Shown here: positions 1-9,394 of the stretch, piece after piece
Layout of the letters: the number at the start of each line of letters is the position of its first letter
How positions within the stretch are numbered: position 1 is the stretch's first letter
Source: an uncultured Oligoflexus sp.
GTDB taxonomy: Bacteria; Bdellovibrionota_B; Oligoflexia; Oligoflexales; Oligoflexaceae
Direction of reading: 5' to 3'
Length of the DNA stretch: 46,162 bases
Assembly (NCBI GenBank): GCA_964236955.1
Contig: CAXSGP010000033.1
Location: 1 to 46,162, forward strand
The notes under the pieces: generated by a model
What the model was told of the DNA's origin: nothing
What the model saw: only the letters and a program-made list of their open reading frames with translations
Database searches by the model: none
Position numbers and translations under genes: made by a program

Positions 1-133
1 TGCGTTACTGGGGATGTTCGACGTTGGCGTAGCCAAACGTCAACAGCCCCTAATAGGGGGCCAAAAAATTCAGAACAGGGCATTAGCTTGCCGACACAGA
101 TTCTCTGATGCGTCATTTTTTCGATTCAGGGCA

Positions 134-346
134 TCAGTCTTTAGCAACACCAACTTCCAGCCATCCGAGGTAGCCTTCGGAACTCACGCTTGCCGCAGTT
201 CTCAGAGCGTCTCGTTCCTGACGGGAAAGGTTGGCAACCTGTTTGCGTAAGCGCAGGACCAGGCCGCGGTCAGGATCGTCGAACTGATCGACGACGCGAC
301 CGATCTCCACCAAAAGTTCCAGCAGGTCTGATAATTCATTTTGCAT
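134..346 (-). CDS. Small hypothetical protein (70 aa)
   Basis: ATG start with GGAAAAG upstream; helical, protein-like composition; co-oriented downstream of guaD; no recognisable motif. Confidence 0.5.
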   Translation of the reverse strand: MQNELSDLLELLVEIGRVVDQFDDPDRGLVLRLRKQVANLSRQERDALRTAASVSSEGYLGWLEVGVAKD

Positions 347-415
347 AGCTTGGCTTTTCCTCGGGTGGACAATCAGTAGCTAAGTAGGAAGCGGGCGAAA
401 GGAAAATTTACCCCC

Positions 416-1720
416 TTAGCGCCTATTATAAACAGACTGCCCCTGTATACACAGTTCGACCAGACAGCGATCATCGGCAAAGTGCATGAGGGCTGCCAGT
501 CTTTCGTCAGCATTCGCTGCCATTCGCAGATGCCGATCCAGGATTGCACGAGCCTTGGGATCGATAACTTGAAAATCCGCCGCATAATTTGTGTCGAGTC
601 GGCCCAGGTGGGGAAAGCCAAGATGCTTCGCTGCCGACACCGTAGCCATTGCAAAGAGATCGCCCGGGCTGAGACGGTCTTGGAGCAGCTGGGCAACCTT
701 ATAGGCTTCATTCATGGTCTGCCAGAGAGAGAAGGACGTTCCGGCACCAACATCAGTACCAAGGGTTACCCGTTGACCCTGCCGAAGGTAATTCTGGCCT
801 TTAAAAAGCCCACTGCCCAAGAACAGATTGGAGGTGGGGCAATGACTGATGATGACATCCCGCTTTACCAGCAGGGCCTCATCATCGGCATTGGTATGGA
901 TGGAATGGGCAAGGATCGTCTTAGGTCCAAGCAGGCCCCTGACATCGTAGACATCAAGATAGCTCTTGGCATCGGGAAAAAGCTCCATCACCCATTCGAT
1001 CTCGTTTTTATTTTCGGCGTAATGGGTCTGCAAATAAAGGCTGGAATCGGCTGCTGCAACCCTGGCAAGCATCGCCATAAGCGCAGGGGAACAGCTCGGC
1101 GCAAAGCGGGGCGTGAGAGCATAGAAAAGCCTATCGTGTTTGCCATGCCACTTTTTTATGAGCGCCTCAGTCCATCGCTCATCTTGCTCCACAGAAACGC
1201 TTATTTCCGGGGGACAATGCCGGTCCATACTGGTCTTGCCCAAAATGGTCCGCAAACCCCGACGCTCAAATTCTTCAAAAAGTACCTCGGTGGCATCCCC
1301 ACACGAGGAAGAATAGACGACCGCAAATCCAGTGCCGTTCGATGCCAATTCATCGATGAAGTTTTTCGCCGCCTCTTCAACGAATCGGCCGCGCCCACGA
1401 AAAGCGGCTTCGCGGGGAAAGGTATAGCGCTGCAGCCAGAGCAGGAGCTCATCGGCACAGCTGCCTATCATATCGAGTTGTGGAAAATGAATGTGCGTAT
1501 CGATAAAAGAAGGCAGAATCAACGATCCCGAATAGTCTCGAACGGGTAAAACAGGATAGGCCGCATGGAGTTCTGCAAATGACCCTTTTCGTAGAATCAT
1601 CCCGGATTTATCGAGTAAAAGTGCTCCATCGCGAATCTCTTCGGCTCTATATCGGTTCTGAACCGGGGTCACCTGCATAAGATGCCCCCGAACTAAAGCC
1701 GCAGCATTCGGGCTCGTCAT
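416..1720 (-). CDS. guaD: Guanine deaminase (amidohydrolase superfamily)
   Basis: DTHIHFPQ metal-binding motif, LTPRFA, QTHYAEN, AHSIH, HCPTSNLFLGSG, GTDVGAG. Confidence 0.93.
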   Translation of the reverse strand: MTSPNAAALVRGHLMQVTPVQNRYRAEEIRDGALLLDKSGMILRKGSFAELHAAYPVLPVRDYSGSLILPSFIDTHIHFPQLDMIGSCADELLLWLQRYTFPREAAFRGRGRFVEEAAKNFIDELASNGTGFAVVYSSSCGDATEVLFEEFERRGLRTILGKTSMDRHCPPEISVSVEQDERWTEALIKKWHGKHDRLFYALTPRFAPSCSPALMAMLARVAAADSSLYLQTHYAENKNEIEWVMELFPDAKSYLDVYDVRGLLGPKTILAHSIHTNADDEALLVKRDVIISHCPTSNLFLGSGLFKGQNYLRQGQRVTLGTDVGAGTSFSLWQTMNEAYKVAQLLQDRLSPGDLFAMATVSAAKHLGFPHLGRLDTNYAADFQVIDPKARAILDRHLRMAANADERLAALMHFADDRCLVELCIQGQSVYNRR

Positions 1721-1724
1721 ACTT

Positions 1725-3317
1725 TTAAACTTTCTCAGAAGTGGCCGAATAAGTGATTTTGGGGAACCTCTCGTTCAAAAACTTGAGACGCCATAAATCT
1801 TCGAGAAGAATGGCCTTCTGCTCATGCTGATCGTAACAGATGACCTGCGCCTGAGCCCTAACAAAATCTTCCATGGCTTTGGCATCTTCGGAAAAGACCC
1901 AGCGGGCGGCGCCGTAGGGCAAGCGCGTAAAGCGTACCTTCACATTATATTCATGCTCAATCCTGAATTGTACAACTTCAAACTGCAGCACCCCAACCAC
2001 TCCAAGGATCTGCTCGGTGCCATAGACCGGGCGGAAGACCTGCACCGCACCTTCCTCAGAAAGTTGATCCAGCGCTTTGTTGAGCTGCTTCGATTTCAAA
2101 GGCTCCGCGAGAGTCACGCGACAGAAGTGCTCGGGAGCAAACACGGGTACGCCGGTATAATGAATCGACTCACCTTCGGTCAGAGTATCGCCGATCTTAA
2201 ACGTCCCGGGGTCGTGGATACCAACGATATCACCCGCAAAGGCCTCATCGACCAAACTTCTATCCTGAGCCATGAATTGGGTCGGTCGACCCAGGCGGTG
2301 ATCTTTTTCGAGCCGCACAATATGGGCCTTCATGCCCCTTTGGAAGTAACCCGAGCAGATACGGATAAAGGCGACGCGGTCGCGGTGCTGAGGGTCCATG
2401 TTCGCTTGTATTTTAAAGACGAAGGCCGTGAATTTTTCTTCGTTAGGAAGAACTATGCGCTCTTCCGCCTGGCGCGACGTCGGAGCTGGCGCGATATTGA
2501 TGAGAGCGGCCAGCAAAGGCTCGATGCCGAAGTTATTGAGAGCCGAACCAAAGAACATGGGCGCAAGCTCACCGGCGCGATATTTTTCTAGACTGAAGGT
2601 ATCACCAGCACCATCGAGCAGTTCGATGTCGAGGATCAGTTGATCGGTCAGCTCATCACCAATCTCTTCGCGCACCAGGGGAGAATCCAGCGCCATTCCC
2701 TTCAAAGGCACCGGGCGCGAGCGCTCAGCGCCGCGTTCATAGAGAAGAAGTTCCCGATTATGACGATGGTAAACACCACGAAAGCGTGGACCCATTCCGA
2801 TAGGCCAGGTCACAGGGGAGACCCGGATGCCGAGTACGGTCTCGACTTCTTCCATCAATTCCCAGGGATCGCGACCTTCCCTATCCATCTTATTCACAAA
2901 GCCCATGATAGGCGTCTTGCGACGCGCACAGACTTCAAAGAGTTTTTTGGTTTGGTCTTCGACCCCGTTCGCAGCATCCATAAGCATGAGTGCGCTGTCG
3001 ACAGCTGTCAGAGTCCGGTAGGTATCTTCGGAAAAGTCCTGGTGACCCGGTGTGTCGATCAGGTTCATTTCACAGCCTTCGTAGGTGAACTTCATCACCG
3101 AGCTCGACACCGAAATCCCCCGCTGCTTCTCGAGTTCCATCCAGTCTGAGGTTGCGAACTTTTTCGAGCGCTTGGCCTTTACGGAACCAGCCAAATTGAT
3201 CGCTCCACCGTAGAGAAGCAGTTTCTCTGTCATTGTAGTCTTTCCCGCATCCGGGTGAGAAATGATGGCAAAGGTCCGGCGTTTCGCAATTTCAGCGTCG
3301 AGTTGCTTCTGATTCAC
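1725..3317 (-). CDS. prfC: Peptide chain release factor 3
   Basis: RRTFAIISHPDAGKTT, SDWMELEKQRGISV, DTPGHQDFSEDTYRTL, FVFKIQANMDPQHRDR; GTG start. Confidence 0.98.
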   Translation of the reverse strand: MNQKQLDAEIAKRRTFAIISHPDAGKTTMTEKLLLYGGAINLAGSVKAKRSKKFATSDWMELEKQRGISVSSSVMKFTYEGCEMNLIDTPGHQDFSEDTYRTLTAVDSALMLMDAANGVEDQTKKLFEVCARRKTPIMGFVNKMDREGRDPWELMEEVETVLGIRVSPVTWPIGMGPRFRGVYHRHNRELLLYERGAERSRPVPLKGMALDSPLVREEIGDELTDQLILDIELLDGAGDTFSLEKYRAGELAPMFFGSALNNFGIEPLLAALINIAPAPTSRQAEERIVLPNEEKFTAFVFKIQANMDPQHRDRVAFIRICSGYFQRGMKAHIVRLEKDHRLGRPTQFMAQDRSLVDEAFAGDIVGIHDPGTFKIGDTLTEGESIHYTGVPVFAPEHFCRVTLAEPLKSKQLNKALDQLSEEGAVQVFRPVYGTEQILGVVGVLQFEVVQFRIEHEYNVKVRFTRLPYGAARWVFSEDAKAMEDFVRAQAQVICYDQHEQKAILLEDLWRLKFLNERFPKITYSATSEKV

Positions 3318-3620
3318 AGGCCTACCTACTTGTAGAGAAGATTCTAGAGCTTAGAGAAGGGATTTTTAGCTGAGAATGACCGGAAGAGCAAGCCGGGGAT
3401 GCTTTATTTGGCTGGGAATAGCGGGAGGGGGGCACGCCTCCCGACTTACGCAGCTTCGTCTTTCTTCCAATCTAAGCCTGTTGAGGGCGGGTCTTCTCAG
3501 TCTTGGGTAGAAAGGCTGGATAAGTATCTAAATCTTTATATATCAACATCTTGATTGAGAGCCGTGGCCGTGGCACGGAGAGTCCGCCTCAGGAGACTTC
3601 CTCCCGATCGCCAGCCGAGC

Positions 3621-5048
3621 TTATGAAACTTCATCAAAAACCTCAGCGACCGGCGCAGCAAAGCTCTTGTGCCGGGCCGATGCCAGATGTCCTGTCCAGG
3701 TCTCAAAGCGTCTATGGGTCTGGCCTTCATCGGACCGATAGCAAAAGATAAAAGTCATCGCCCGCAAGCGACCAAAGACTTTATCTTGTTCGCCTTGATA
3801 GATCAGGGTTCGCCAGGTTCCGCTATCAAGAAAAAACTGCTCTCCCCCGAGCAGTGGAATTTGATCGGGATGATGGGTATGCCCGGCCACCACGGTATGA
3901 ACACGCCCGGCAATGAGTTCCTTTTCTTTGGCCGCGAAAAGCGCCGGTCGAACGGCTTCGACCCGACTGCGTAAGACCCCGACTTTATTCAAGCCCCAGC
4001 CCAAAAATCGTGCGGGCAACCAGCGAAGCCCGGCTAAAATAAGGTAACGTCCAGGCGGCAAAAACACCAGGCGCAGCATCACGCTCTTCGCTTCTTTGCG
4101 TACAAATTTAAGCCGCGCCACGACATTGAAGGCTTCCAGAAGGATCGGTCGCAGCAGATCGATCGCTCGCTCCTGACTCTGCAATTCGCGGGCCTTGGTC
4201 GTCGAACTTTGCAGACAGGACATAAGATAAGCGAAGAGCGAGGAGGCGGGCCGTACATCATCGAAATCCAAAAGCGCAGCATAGAGGTGCTGATAGAATT
4301 GGCTTTTCTTGGTGGAACCCGCCAGAAAAATCTCATAGAGCTGCCGAAAGCGATAGGGGAAATAAGTGACGAATTCGAGGGTGATGACATCGCCCAGACA
4401 GGCATAAAGATAGCGCGAATCCTTGGCATTTTTTGGAGCAGTTTGTGCGAAATTGGTTTCATCATATTCGTGCCCATGCCGGATCAATACACCATAACCT
4501 GGCTGTTCCGTAGTATTGGCAAATAAAAATTCATGCTCGAAAGGATGATCCGTTCCGCCGAGACAGAGGATGTCACGCACGCGCCTTCGGGTGCTTGGCC
4601 AGGCATCGACCAAACGATCATGATTTCCTGTTAGGTACCGAACCTCTACCCGAACATCGCCTTCGATTGTTCGGGCTTGACCCTGATAGAGATAGGTCTT
4701 ATTTAAAATAAACCCCCTGAGCGTTGCCAGGAACTCGGCATTGTCCTGAGCGATTCTATCAAGAATGCGCAGCACAAAGGGTTCAAGCCGCGCCGGGGGA
4801 AGACCCCTGTGATAGGGTCTATGTTCGCCTTCGAGCCATATATTGCTGCGGTTGATTTCAAAGATATCGCCCGCCAGGCACAAAACAATTTCTTCAATAT
4901 CCTGCTCGATCACCTTGTTGTGAATCTCTTCGAAAAGTAGATTCAACGCTTCGGCCGACACATTACGGGAATGGCCATCCATCGCATTTAAACCCATGCG
5001 GTCAACGGCAATTTCCTGGAGATGGAGATCACTGATAACAACTAACAT
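3621..5048 (-). CDS. Calcineurin-like metallophosphoesterase family protein
   Basis: All five family motifs in order: SDLH, GDIFE, GNHD, HGHEYD, GHTH. Confidence 0.8.
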   Translation of the reverse strand: MLVVISDLHLQEIAVDRMGLNAMDGHSRNVSAEALNLLFEEIHNKVIEQDIEEIVLCLAGDIFEINRSNIWLEGEHRPYHRGLPPARLEPFVLRILDRIAQDNAEFLATLRGFILNKTYLYQGQARTIEGDVRVEVRYLTGNHDRLVDAWPSTRRRVRDILCLGGTDHPFEHEFLFANTTEQPGYGVLIRHGHEYDETNFAQTAPKNAKDSRYLYACLGDVITLEFVTYFPYRFRQLYEIFLAGSTKKSQFYQHLYAALLDFDDVRPASSLFAYLMSCLQSSTTKARELQSQERAIDLLRPILLEAFNVVARLKFVRKEAKSVMLRLVFLPPGRYLILAGLRWLPARFLGWGLNKVGVLRSRVEAVRPALFAAKEKELIAGRVHTVVAGHTHHPDQIPLLGGEQFFLDSGTWRTLIYQGEQDKVFGRLRAMTFIFCYRSDEGQTHRRFETWTGHLASARHKSFAAPVAEVFDEVS

Positions 5049-5250
5049 AAGCCCTCGAAATTATGGCTTAAGCTACTTTAGCCTAGGATGCTCCATCGGG
5101 GTTTAAGCCGTATTGAAATTATCTCTTCAATTCTTCCGAAATCCCTTGCTGATTCTCGACAATACTTGGCAAGGCCGGGGATGGGATCCGAGAAACTTTT
5201 AGACAATTCATAATATCATGCTAGCGGCCCCCAGAATAGAACTCGCACCA

Positions 5251-5991
5251 TTAGAATCGAATCGGCTTCACTAAATCCCAATATTGAAGCTCGTAATCCG
5301 CGCCATCCCCCACCCGAAAGTCCTCGACAGGCGCTCCTTGCCAGGTGCCATGGAGCCGATCCCACATATTAAAGTTAGCACCAAAATTTTCGCCTTGACT
5401 CGTCATCGCGTGATGCCACCCGTGATGCCTCGGCAGGATTAAGACCCTCCCCAACACGCGGCTCAACACTGCGGGTAGCCGCATATTGCTATGCCGCCAT
5501 AAATCAAGGGCGGAGCTCAGCGCCACTCCGAGCAGATAGCCACGATCATCATGCAGCAGAAAAAGCGTTGCACTATGGACCCAAACATAGCAGACCAACA
5601 GATGGGTCCCTAGGCTATTGCGCGAGGTGACGAAGATATCCATGGCCTTCGCGCTATGATGGGCCCGATGCCAGGGCCATAAGGCCTTGGAGTGCAGGAG
5701 CCGATGATTCCAGTAGTAAAGATAATCCACCACCACAAAACTCAGGCCGAAGCCCAGGGCTGCGGGCAACCGGAGGGCACCTTCCCATTGCGGGGCAAGC
5801 AAGCGATACAAAGGCAATAAGAGATAGGCCTGCATAAGAGGGATGACCCAGCCCTGCAGGAGCAGGCCCAGCGCATCCATCACCCAGGCCGCGCGTGGCT
5901 TATTTCTAAGACTTTGCCTATAGTCCAGGCGCAGACTCGAGACTAAAAACAAAATCCAGAACGTTAGCAGAGGTAGGACAAGGGTCAGCAT
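5251..5991 (-). CDS. Sterol desaturase / fatty acid hydroxylase family membrane diiron enzyme
   Basis: His boxes YYWNHRLLH, WHRAHH, WRHSN, HHGWHH, then NFGANFNMWDRLHGT; hydrophobic segments; start moved to ATG 5991 behind GAGGGA. Confidence 0.9.
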   Translation of the reverse strand: MLTLVLPLLTFWILFLVSSLRLDYRQSLRNKPRAAWVMDALGLLLQGWVIPLMQAYLLLPLYRLLAPQWEGALRLPAALGFGLSFVVVDYLYYWNHRLLHSKALWPWHRAHHSAKAMDIFVTSRNSLGTHLLVCYVWVHSATLFLLHDDRGYLLGVALSSALDLWRHSNMRLPAVLSRVLGRVLILPRHHGWHHAMTSQGENFGANFNMWDRLHGTWQGAPVEDFRVGDGADYELQYWDLVKPIRF

Positions 5992-5998
5992 GATTCCC

Positions 5999-7015
5999 TC
6001 ATATCTTGATATCAACGGAATGTTTTTTATAGGGGAGATCGGCCGGATTCTTGCCTGCAGCAATCGCGTCGCGAATGCCTTCGATCCAGACATGCATCAG
6101 ATCAACAGCTGAATTCTGAAATGATTCCGGATACTTAGTTATCGTTTCCATTTGATTTTTGAGAATGACCAGGTCCTGATCAATCACAGCCTGGCCCAAT
6201 TTCTTAACGAAGAATCTGGCAAAAGGCGTAAAAATACCAAATTGATAGGTGAGATCGGTATACACCAGAGTCACGGTCTCGGAAACGGGAACCGACTGCG
6301 AGGTGATGTAAAAGTGTTTTTTGACACTAAAATGGTATTCGACCTGAGTGACATTCGGCTGATGAAAGGAATCGATATGGCCATAGGCCTCGTTACCTGG
6401 ATTTAAGAACCAGGAAAAAAGACCCAATTTATGCTTTTCGTTATGATAGACGACACGGACCGTCCCGTCTTTGCGCTCCATGTCTAAACGAACGATATGG
6501 CCTTCGGGATCCCGAAATATCTTGGGATGAACAAAGGTCGTGTGGGGCACATCAACAAAATTCTCGACACAATTCGTTACATTGTTGGCAAAACGGTTGA
6601 CGAGGCGAACCGTAGCCCATCCTTTCTCACCGTAATGAGGGCTGCGGAAAGGCACGCTGTGGGCCGCAGCATCCCCGAGACAGACGAAGACAAGCTCATC
6701 CAGTTCGCGCACGGAATAGCGGGGCGCCTGCCGACAAGGGCCCTGAGGACTCTGAGGCCCCTCGGAGGGAATCTCCACGACCCGGCCCTGGCCATCGTAG
6801 AGCCAGCCGTGGTAAAGGCAGCGGAGTCTGCCCTTTTCCACCCGGCCCTCCGACAATCGCACCGAACGATGCAGACAGCGATCCCGCAGCGCTGTGACCG
6901 CGCCCATTTCATTGCGGTAGAGAACCAGCCACTCACCAAGGAGCTCGGTTGGATAGGGCTTGCCCTGAATATCCTGGGAGCGGCCGACGACGTACCAATA
7001 ATTTTTAAAACTCAT
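5999..7015 (-). CDS. Rieske non-heme iron oxygenase alpha subunit (VanA-like), copy 1
   Basis: Rieske ligands DRCLH...RCLYHGW; mononuclear Fe motif ENFVDVPHTTFVH; C-terminal IDQD. Confidence 0.92.
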   Translation of the reverse strand: MSFKNYWYVVGRSQDIQGKPYPTELLGEWLVLYRNEMGAVTALRDRCLHRSVRLSEGRVEKGRLRCLYHGWLYDGQGRVVEIPSEGPQSPQGPCRQAPRYSVRELDELVFVCLGDAAAHSVPFRSPHYGEKGWATVRLVNRFANNVTNCVENFVDVPHTTFVHPKIFRDPEGHIVRLDMERKDGTVRVVYHNEKHKLGLFSWFLNPGNEAYGHIDSFHQPNVTQVEYHFSVKKHFYITSQSVPVSETVTLVYTDLTYQFGIFTPFARFFVKKLGQAVIDQDLVILKNQMETITKYPESFQNSAVDLMHVWIEGIRDAIAAGKNPADLPYKKHSVDIKI

Positions 7016-7021
7016 GCCGAG

Positions 7022-7315
7022 TCAAGCTCCTTCCCAGGCTTTGATGAAAAGGTCAGCATCCACATTTACCTGGCAGGCAAGTCGGGCTAAGGCTTGCCCG
7101 GGAGCAAACAGCTCGAGGATCTCCTGTTCGTCCTCACCAGCCCCGCTTACCGAACCTTCCACAAGACAGATGCAGGTCGCGCAGATCCCTGTTCGGCACC
7201 CGAACAGAATGGGCGAATTTTGCACGTCCAGGGTTCGGCTTAGCGACAGCCCCGCCGGAACCTTAAGCTCGGGAAAGGCCGTGTCTGGAAAGTGAACGCG
7301 AAACTCAAAAGCCAT
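7022..7315 (-). CDS. 2Fe-2S ferredoxin
   Basis: FGCRTGICATC (Cx4Cx2C) plus RLACQ; ATG 7315 behind GAGG, overlapping the upstream gene end by 11 nt. Confidence 0.9.
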   Translation of the reverse strand: MAFEFRVHFPDTAFPELKVPAGLSLSRTLDVQNSPILFGCRTGICATCICLVEGSVSGAGEDEQEILELFAPGQALARLACQVNVDADLFIKAWEGA

Positions 7316-8492
7316 TCGCAAATCCTCGGAATGCCTTTTGATTGAGTCCAAGCTGATAGGCGATAGAATTTTTGCCCATATGCTTCATAGCCTTGATGTC
7401 GGGGCTCACAAAATCCAGCTTATCGAGATAGGTCCGGTAGTGTTCACGGGCAGTCTCGTGGGTTTTTCTTGAGTTATGCATGCCCTCCGATTCCTTGGTG
7501 AAACAGTCCTTCACCATCTGCAGGGCCCCATGGTGATCAAGGGCGAACGATGGCGAGCGCAATATCCGATAGATGGTTTGATACATGGCCGGGTCATACC
7601 AAAAAATTCCATTGATCGCCGTCGAGAAATGAAAGTGATCCTTTTGCACGCCAAGCATCAAAGTATTGGTGATCCGGCGTTCAAATGCCGTCGGCGCTTT
7701 GATGCTTCGCACGACATCGTGGGAAATGAGCTTTGAGGTGTTGAAGTGAAAGCTCTCATCCAGAAAATGATGAAAACTCACCTGACTCGGGATAGGCATC
7801 GCAAGGCGATCCGAAGCATCGATCACATGCTGCGACAGTTGATGCTGAACGAGCTTGCCATTTAAAGTGCGCAGCCCACGCACGGTAAAATACTGACAAC
7901 CCAGGAAAGCGTTACCCGTGGACAAAACACTATAGGCTTGAATCTGCAGGCGGCGCCAGAATTCCTTCACCCGATTGGAATTATGAAAAATCATGGTATC
8001 GACATGGTAGGCCCGCATAGGATATGTAAACATGCGTGCACCAAAGACTTCATATTCAATATCCTCGCTGATCTTTTTAAAGGCGGCGATATGGGCCCTT
8101 TCCTGTGCCGATTCCAAATCGAGACCATCACAGACGACGCGAAAATCCTCGACCGAATAGAGGCCGGCGCCCGCTGCCTGGTTGAGATAGATCGTCGCAA
8201 TTTCAGCGGAGATAATCTGGCAGTAATACGCAACCCAATACAGATGGTTCAAGAGCTTTTTCTGAGCCTCTGACGCTTCATCCCAAAGTCTGGTGCCGTA
8301 GAGAAGCGAAAACTGCTCCTGCTGCCAGTAACTGTCCTTGCATTCGGCATATTGAAAACGGGCGGCGAGTTCATCCATCTCGGCCGAATTATCCTGAGAC
8401 TTGTTGCGTTTGCTGTTTAAAGCGATTTTTTTGGTCGTTGGCACATCGTCTAAAAGCGAGAGAGCGGTATTTTGAGCTAAAAAAGCATGCAT
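7305..8492 (-). CDS. CylC-family dimetal-carboxylate halogenase homolog (AurF-like diiron fold)
   Basis: Blocks I recall from CylC-type proteins: FSLLYGTxLW...LNHLYW, SAEIATIYLNQ, LDLESAQERAH (ExxH), VSFHHFLDESFH (HxxDExxH), PTAFE; ATG 8492 behind AAAGGA (alternative TTG 8510). Confidence 0.8.
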   Translation of the reverse strand: MHAFLAQNTALSLLDDVPTTKKIALNSKRNKSQDNSAEMDELAARFQYAECKDSYWQQEQFSLLYGTRLWDEASEAQKKLLNHLYWVAYYCQIISAEIATIYLNQAAGAGLYSVEDFRVVCDGLDLESAQERAHIAAFKKISEDIEYEVFGARMFTYPMRAYHVDTMIFHNSNRVKEFWRRLQIQAYSVLSTGNAFLGCQYFTVRGLRTLNGKLVQHQLSQHVIDASDRLAMPIPSQVSFHHFLDESFHFNTSKLISHDVVRSIKAPTAFERRITNTLMLGVQKDHFHFSTAINGIFWYDPAMYQTIYRILRSPSFALDHHGALQMVKDCFTKESEGMHNSRKTHETAREHYRTYLDKLDFVSPDIKAMKHMGKNSIAYQLGLNQKAFRGFANGF

Positions 8493-8506
8493 ACTGTATC
8501 CTTTAC

Positions 8507-9394
8507 TCAATCGATCCGAATGAAAACATGTTCTTGATCCAAAATATCGACAAGTGTTGCCGCGCCACCGACCTGGAGAATACGCCGCAGCTGCGCGAGT
8601 TTGAGGTCCGTTTCCCTTTCATGACCCAGTTCCTTAAAAAAGGCCCTGGGCTCAAGCTCGGGAGCGAGGGCATTGCGAAGGATTGTGGCAAGTGTCCACG
8701 GGCCGGAGGCCACCATTCCGATAAGCTGTTTAAGGATCGCAAGCGTCGGCTCCTGCTCTGCCGCCGACCAATTGCTGATATCGAGCAGTGCGATGCCACT
8801 GCCGTGATGATGCGCCTCGTCTTGCAGGATCGCGTGCAATTCCTCCGCCAGGCCCGGATCCAGGCAATCTTTTTGCAGCTTTTTATAGTGAAGCAAACCC
8901 CAGCCTTCCAAAAATACCTGGATGATGAGCGTCAGGCTCATGCGCGACCCCGTTTCGATCGCAGTCTTTAAAACAGCCAAAAAAGGATCGCTGGCCAAAT
9001 CCTCCGGCTCATGGGGAATATAGGCTGCTATTGCTTGATAATGAGCCGCCTCCTGTGCTGCAAATTGACTATAGAGTAGACGCGACTCCAGATCATCGGC
9101 CAGCAAAACCATTTTTGCCGCAAAGGCCATGCCGGCCCTTTCGATGGCGAAGGCCTCACGCAGCAAGGCATAAGAGCAGTCTTCCAGTATCCTGGCCTGG
9201 GTCGCGGGTGAAGCTCCGCGATAGGCCTGGACCCTATCGAGACCGAGACTGGCCGCGCTCCAGTAGATGCTTTGCGATCCCGTTTGAAAGGCCTTGCCAT
9301 AGTTGCTATTGCTGCGCTTCAGGATTCCTTCCACGACTTTATTTGGTCGGCTCTTCGGAAAGTTCATCCAGACTGTGGTCTCAATCTGTTTCAC
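8507..9394 (-). CDS. Ferritin-like diiron-carboxylate protein
   Basis: Four-helix-bundle ligand pattern EAFAIE / QEAAH / FLEGWG / DEAHH; GTG 9394 behind GGAGG, GTGA overlap with SDR stop. Confidence 0.8.
   Translation of the reverse strand: MKQIETTVWMNFPKSRPNKVVEGILKRSNSNYGKAFQTGSQSIYWSAASLGLDRVQAYRGASPATQARILEDCSYALLREAFAIERAGMAFAAKMVLLADDLESRLLYSQFAAQEAAHYQAIAAYIPHEPEDLASDPFLAVLKTAIETGSRMSLTLIIQVFLEGWGLLHYKKLQKDCLDPGLAEELHAILQDEAHHHGSGIALLDISNWSAAEQEPTLAILKQLIGMVASGPWTLATILRNALAPELEPRAFFKELGHERETDLKLAQLRRILQVGGAATLVDILDQEHVFIRID

Noticed and set aside
482..1549. 355-aa plus-strand ORF
   Set aside because: Antisense shadow of guaD with no motifs; the same applies to the long antisense ORFs over prfC, guaB, guaA, dnaE, mnmG and prlC
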